DNA of 62,562 nucleotides from a virus: UHGV virus genome UHGV-0106067; one strand, 5' to 3'. Shown piece by piece: positions 59,648 to 62,562 of this stretch (position 1 is its first letter; each line of letters starts with the position of its first letter). The notes under the pieces were generated by a model. It saw only the letters and a program-made list of their open reading frames with translations, ran no database searches and was not told where the DNA came from. The position numbers and the translations under genes were made by a program.

Positions 59648-60446
59648 CCAGTCTCCCCGAATTACTCATTTCATGCAGCGATGACACGATGTCACTGACA
59701 GGCGTAACAACGCCCCGACGCTGGCTGGTCAGAATATCGGTTTCCGCTCTGAGTTTATCTCTGGCGGCGTTGATTCTTTCCCGGTCAGCACGAAGTTTTG
59801 GTGCTGTTTCCGCCAGAACGTCCAGCGTCAGCAATGAGCGTTCAATTGACTCGATACGGGCAATATTCCGGTCAAGAGCCTGTTCGGCTTTAAGTATTTT
59901 GTCGTACAGGGCAACACGGGTTTCCACGTCAGCCGCCTCTTTCAGGTCGGCGAACATTTTTTTCAGTGTTCCTGTTACTGAAAGTGCGCGGGCACGGGTG
60001 AACACCAGTTCATCGAACAGCACCATATCGGACGCATCATCCATGAGGTTATCTGCCTCAAGATACTTCGCATATCCACGGTGTCTCACGGCGTGGGTGT
60101 TACGGTCGCTAAACCGGGCAACGGGGTGAGGATTGCCCGATCTGCTGTTGCGTTTCGTTTCTGCCGAATTTGCGCAGTTTTTTTCAGAATTTTTTGCGCA
60201 TTTTTCATCGTCGGAACCCGCGTCATTGCTGGGTTCTTCATCTGAGATGTCATGATCGATTTCATGATCGATTTCATGATCGGTTTTATGATCGATTTCA
60301 TGATCGATTTTGCCCATTTTTATACGGGTTCTGGCGGTGTTGTAATTAATCTTTTTCTTACGGCACCACTCCAGTAATGTTATTCCCGTTTCGGCATGTT
60401 CGCGTCGGAATGCCTGCTCCAGTTTTTTCCAGTCCAGCTTTGCCAT
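59628..60446 (-). CDS. terS: terminase small subunit (N-terminal HTH) containing an (I/T)DHE repeat
   Basis: 272 aa directly upstream of terL. Contains HEIDHKTDHEIDHEIDHD. Confidence 0.5.
   Translation of the reverse strand: MAKLDWKKLEQAFRREHAETGITLLEWCRKKKINYNTARTRIKMGKIDHEIDHKTDHEIDHEIDHDISDEEPSNDAGSDDEKCAKNSEKNCANSAETKRNSRSGNPHPVARFSDRNTHAVRHRGYAKYLEADNLMDDASDMVLFDELVFTRARALSVTGTLKKMFADLKEAADVETRVALYDKILKAEQALDRNIARIESIERSLLTLDVLAETAPKLRADRERINAARDKLRAETDILTSQRRGVVTPVSDIVSSLHEMSNSGRLDDIPEE
60250..60309. repeat. 12-bp tandem repeat (ATGATCGATTTC)x5 inside terS, encoding the IDHE reiteration
   Basis: Read directly. One unit carries G-for-A and T-for-C changes. Confidence 0.8.
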
Positions 60447-60747
60447 GTCACTTTCTGACGTCCTCTGTTAAAAACTGACGCATAATGACCGCTGTGATTT
60501 TTCAGAATTCACACAGCAGCGTCTTGTTTGATTGATATTTACACAATATGGTTGTTTTATCCGGTTTCTTCCACCACCGCACCGGACAGGCGGCCATGCG
60601 GGAAAACGCTCACGTTACCTGAAAACGTGGAAAGCCCGGTGTGCATCGTTTTTGATTATCCCCACACACTCGCGCAGGAGGTCCAGTGTCTGGCTGAGGT
60701 CTCTGTTAATGCGGGAATACTGCGACGATACGGCGCATCAGCAAAAC

Positions 60748-61215
60748 TTATTTCAGGCACTGAGTGCGGATATATTCCTGTGCCCCTTCCAGCTGCTTCT
60801 GCATCATCATCAACCGCTCTCTGAGGGTGAAATAATCCCGTTCAGCGGTGTCTGCCAGTCGGGGGCCGGTTGCATTATCCATGCCGGAGGTGCCGGTGGC
60901 TTCACGCACGGTACCGGAGCAGGTGGCGTTGATCCGCAGGCGCTTACGACCAGCAGCAACATCAGCACGCAGAGTTTCATTTTCAGCTCTCGCATCGGCT
61001 AATTCCCTCGAGTATTTTGCATCGAGCGCAGCAACATCGCGCTGGCGCACCTGCATATCAGTAATGGTGGCGTTTGCCAGCTCCAGCTCTCTGGCTTTTT
61101 TATCGCGCTGCGCTTTGTAGGTGATGGCGTTATCGCGGTAATGGTCTGTTGCCAGCCACAGCGCACCACAGCCACCCGCCAGGACAATAATCACCACACA
61201 CAGAACACGGCTCAT
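60748..61215 (-). CDS. Rz: Rz i-spanin
   Basis: Near-identical to lambda Rz ([16 protein letters not shown]...[16 protein letters not shown]). Confidence 0.9.
   Translation of the reverse strand: MSRVLCVVIIVLAGGCGALWLATDHYRDNAITYKAQRDKKARELELANATITDMQVRQRDVAALDAKYSRELADARAENETLRADVAAGRKRLRINATCSGTVREATGTSGMDNATGPRLADTAERDYFTLRERLMMMQKQLEGAQEYIRTQCLK
60810..60995 (-). CDS. Rz1: Rz1 o-spanin lipoprotein embedded in Rz (+1 frame)
   Basis: Lipobox LLVVSAC and proline-rich [30 protein letters not shown], as in lambda Rz1. Confidence 0.85.
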   Translation of the reverse strand: MRELKMKLCVLMLLLVVSACGSTPPAPVPCVKPPAPPAWIMQPAPDWQTPLNGIISPSESG

Positions 61216-61222
61216 CTCTCTT

Positions 61223-61354
61223 TCACCCCACCAGTCCCGATAACGTCAGGACTCGCCAGGCGGTGGAAAAGAAAATGGCAACCAGCATTAGTGAAAATGA
61301 AATGCCGACAATTACACAGAGGATCTTCGCCAGCGTTATGAGTTTGTCTGACAT
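61223..61354 (-). CDS. small membrane protein between R and Rz ([43 protein letters not shown])
   Basis: Internal ATG of the track ORF. Single TM helix. Confidence 0.3.
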   Translation of the reverse strand: MSDKLITLAKILCVIVGISFSLMLVAIFFSTAWRVLTLSGLVG

Positions 61355-61368
61355 GCTTAATCCTCCCT

Positions 61369-61551
61369 TCACGATTTCAACGCAATGACCAGTTTTGCCA
61401 GCCCATACAGCATCGGGGACACAGCAACACCGACCGCCACCCACTTAATGGCAAAAGCCAGTGCTCTGCTGATGTCATCAGTTACAGGCGCTTTCAGTTC
61501 AAGGCCGTTTTTCATAGTCAACCTCAACAGAATTCGTTTATACTTTTCCAT
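61369..61551 (-). CDS. small protein between R and Rz with C-terminal TM segment
   Basis: Internal ATG of the track ORF. Confidence 0.3.
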   Translation of the reverse strand: MEKYKRILLRLTMKNGLELKAPVTDDISRALAFAIKWVAVGVAVSPMLYGLAKLVIALKS

Positions 61552-61707
61552 GTTCTCCCTTGCCTTATCCAAGGTCAGAAACACAAAACCCCGCTTGCAG
61601 CCAACAAACGGGGTTTTTACTTTTATTCACTTAGTTTTTGTCAGTTCGCAGGATTTCGTGTTATCCGTCCGTGTGAGCAAACCGCATTTTTCAGCAAAAT
61701 ATTCTGC

Positions 61708-62241
61708 TTATCTGTCAATTCCCCAGCACGCCAGCGCGCTCTCCTGGTCACGCCGCGATACCTGCCCGTAACAGTTATTTGAGCGATTCCGACAGTCCCT
61801 GCCGCCGTCATATATCCATCGGCGGATTTCAGCACATGCACCTTTCCGGTCTCCGGCGTTCAGTTTCCGGTAAAACGTTGAGGTGAAGCATTTCGAAGGC
61901 CCGATGTTGTACGGACAGAATGACGCGATGCCCGCTTTCTGCGGTTCAGTCAGTGGCACTCTGATGTTTTTCTCCACCCATGCCAGCGCCTTATCACGTT
62001 CAATGGCATTAACCTGAGCGCATTTTTCCTTCGACAACTTCATGCCCGGGACGACAGGTTTGCCATCCACCATGATGGCACCACGGCAGATGGTCCAGAT
62101 CCCCGCACCATCACGGTATGCCGTGGTGTGGTTACCTTCTTTTTCGTCAAGAAACTGGTCGAGGATTTCAGGCGCAGAAGCACCTGTGGCAATCAGCGCC
62201 AGAACGGCTACCGATAAACCATAGTGGAGTTTCCTGCTCAT
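61708..62241 (-). CDS. R: SAR endolysin (phage-21-type lysozyme R, GH24)
   Basis: N-terminal SAR domain LHYGLSVAVLALIATGASA. EGNHTTAYRDGAGIWTICRG catalytic region. Confidence 0.9.
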   Translation of the reverse strand: MSRKLHYGLSVAVLALIATGASAPEILDQFLDEKEGNHTTAYRDGAGIWTICRGAIMVDGKPVVPGMKLSKEKCAQVNAIERDKALAWVEKNIRVPLTEPQKAGIASFCPYNIGPSKCFTSTFYRKLNAGDRKGACAEIRRWIYDGGRDCRNRSNNCYGQVSRRDQESALACWGIDR

Positions 62242-62245
62242 CAGC

Positions 62246-62461
62246 TTACTCTCCCCGCGCAGCTTTGCGCCGGTCTTCTTTAATCTTGAAATACAGATTC
62301 GTCAGGTATGTCAGGAACCCCAGACACAGGCTCCCCAAAACCCCGATAGCAGCCCACTGTGACGGAGTAACCTGATCCAACCACTGTAGAAACCAGTAAC
62401 CCGCACTGCCCGCAGAAGTACCATAGGCTATGCCCGTTGATATTTTTTCCATCTGATACAT
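62246..62461 (-). CDS. S: pinholin S (S21 type) with dual-start motif M1/M4
   Basis: [45 protein letters not shown]...[15 protein letters not shown] matches S21. Confidence 0.85.
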   Translation of the reverse strand: MYQMEKISTGIAYGTSAGSAGYWFLQWLDQVTPSQWAAIGVLGSLCLGFLTYLTNLYFKIKEDRRKAARGE

Positions 62462-62489
62462 ATCCCCGCCCCGACAGACCTGTGCTACC

Positions 62490-62527
62490 GGAAATAAAAA
62501 AGGCCATCAGTGTTTTACTGATGGCCC
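62490..62527 (-). terminator. rho-independent terminator on the minus strand (ggccatcag-taaaaca-ctgatggcc + T6AT3)
   Basis: Read directly. Lies just after the stop that the wrapped 1..266 ORF would reach if the sequence is circular. Confidence 0.5.
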
Positions 62528-62562
62528 TGCCCCGCCGTTACAGCATTGTGCCCGGTTCGGGT

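Larger units (their letters stand above)
1..62562. mobile_element. 933W/phi24B-like lambdoid temperate phage genome, apparently complete and circularly permuted (integrase and attP-like region internal, late genes wrap across the window ends)
   Basis: Full lambdoid gene complement (cI/cro, replication, nin, Q, lysis S-R-Rz/Rz1, terminase, portal, capsid, tail, lom, int/xis). Size is similar to 933W. No flanking bacterial genes were recognised. Confidence 0.75.

Overview
The window reads as a complete or near-complete lambdoid temperate phage genome of about 62.5 kb with a 933W/phi24B-like, short-tailed Stx-phage backbone, apparently not integrated.

Gene layout:
- Immunity core: cI (+, 12321..13034) is divergent from cro (-).
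- Replication: the O/P slot holds a P4-like primase (8626..9597) plus an SF2 helicase (9587..11107).
- nin region and late antiterminator: ninG and ninH, then a 933W-class Q (6991..7416).
- Q-to-lysis accessory slot (where stx sits in 933W): a consensus pR'-like promoter drives a hok/mok type I toxin (6636..6791, missed by the 60-aa ORF track). Next is a BcgI-like type IIB restriction-modification pair: A subunit 4366..6327 (N-terminal PD..EYK nuclease fused to a gamma-class N6-adenine MTase with NPPY) and specificity subunit 3212..4306. After that comes nanS-p (628..2601), the sialate O-acetylesterase that follows stx in Stx phages.
- Phase switch: an upstream ATG with a good SD (6461) is separated from the A reading frame by a perfect (GCTGGTC)5 heptanucleotide tract, so one extra (or two fewer) repeat units would put it in frame.
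- Late region, all on the minus strand from 62461 downward: phage-21-type pinholin S, SAR endolysin R, Rz/Rz1, terS (internal 12-bp repeat), terL, portal, scaffold, capsid, a collagen-like tail fibre, a YadA/Eib-like trimeric autotransporter with a LuxR-family regulator, tail genes, lom, a second hok-family gene (40565..40705), a 2783-aa giant virion protein, and an attP-like AT-rich region.
- An inverted P4-type integrase (27429..28673) overlaps a convergent AlpA-like Xis.
- Rex slot downstream of cI: a signal-peptide/TM peptide, a Clp-fold serine protease, a translationally coupled 56-aa ORF, then a bidirectional terminator and hicAB.
- Early-left region: a pL-like promoter with lambda-type operator half-sites, an rrn-type boxA and a strong terminator, but no N gene.
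- Early-left operon: rha, recT, a lambda-identical exo, a PAPS-reductase-like protein and DUF proteins.
- No tRNA, rRNA, CRISPR array or stx genes were recognised.
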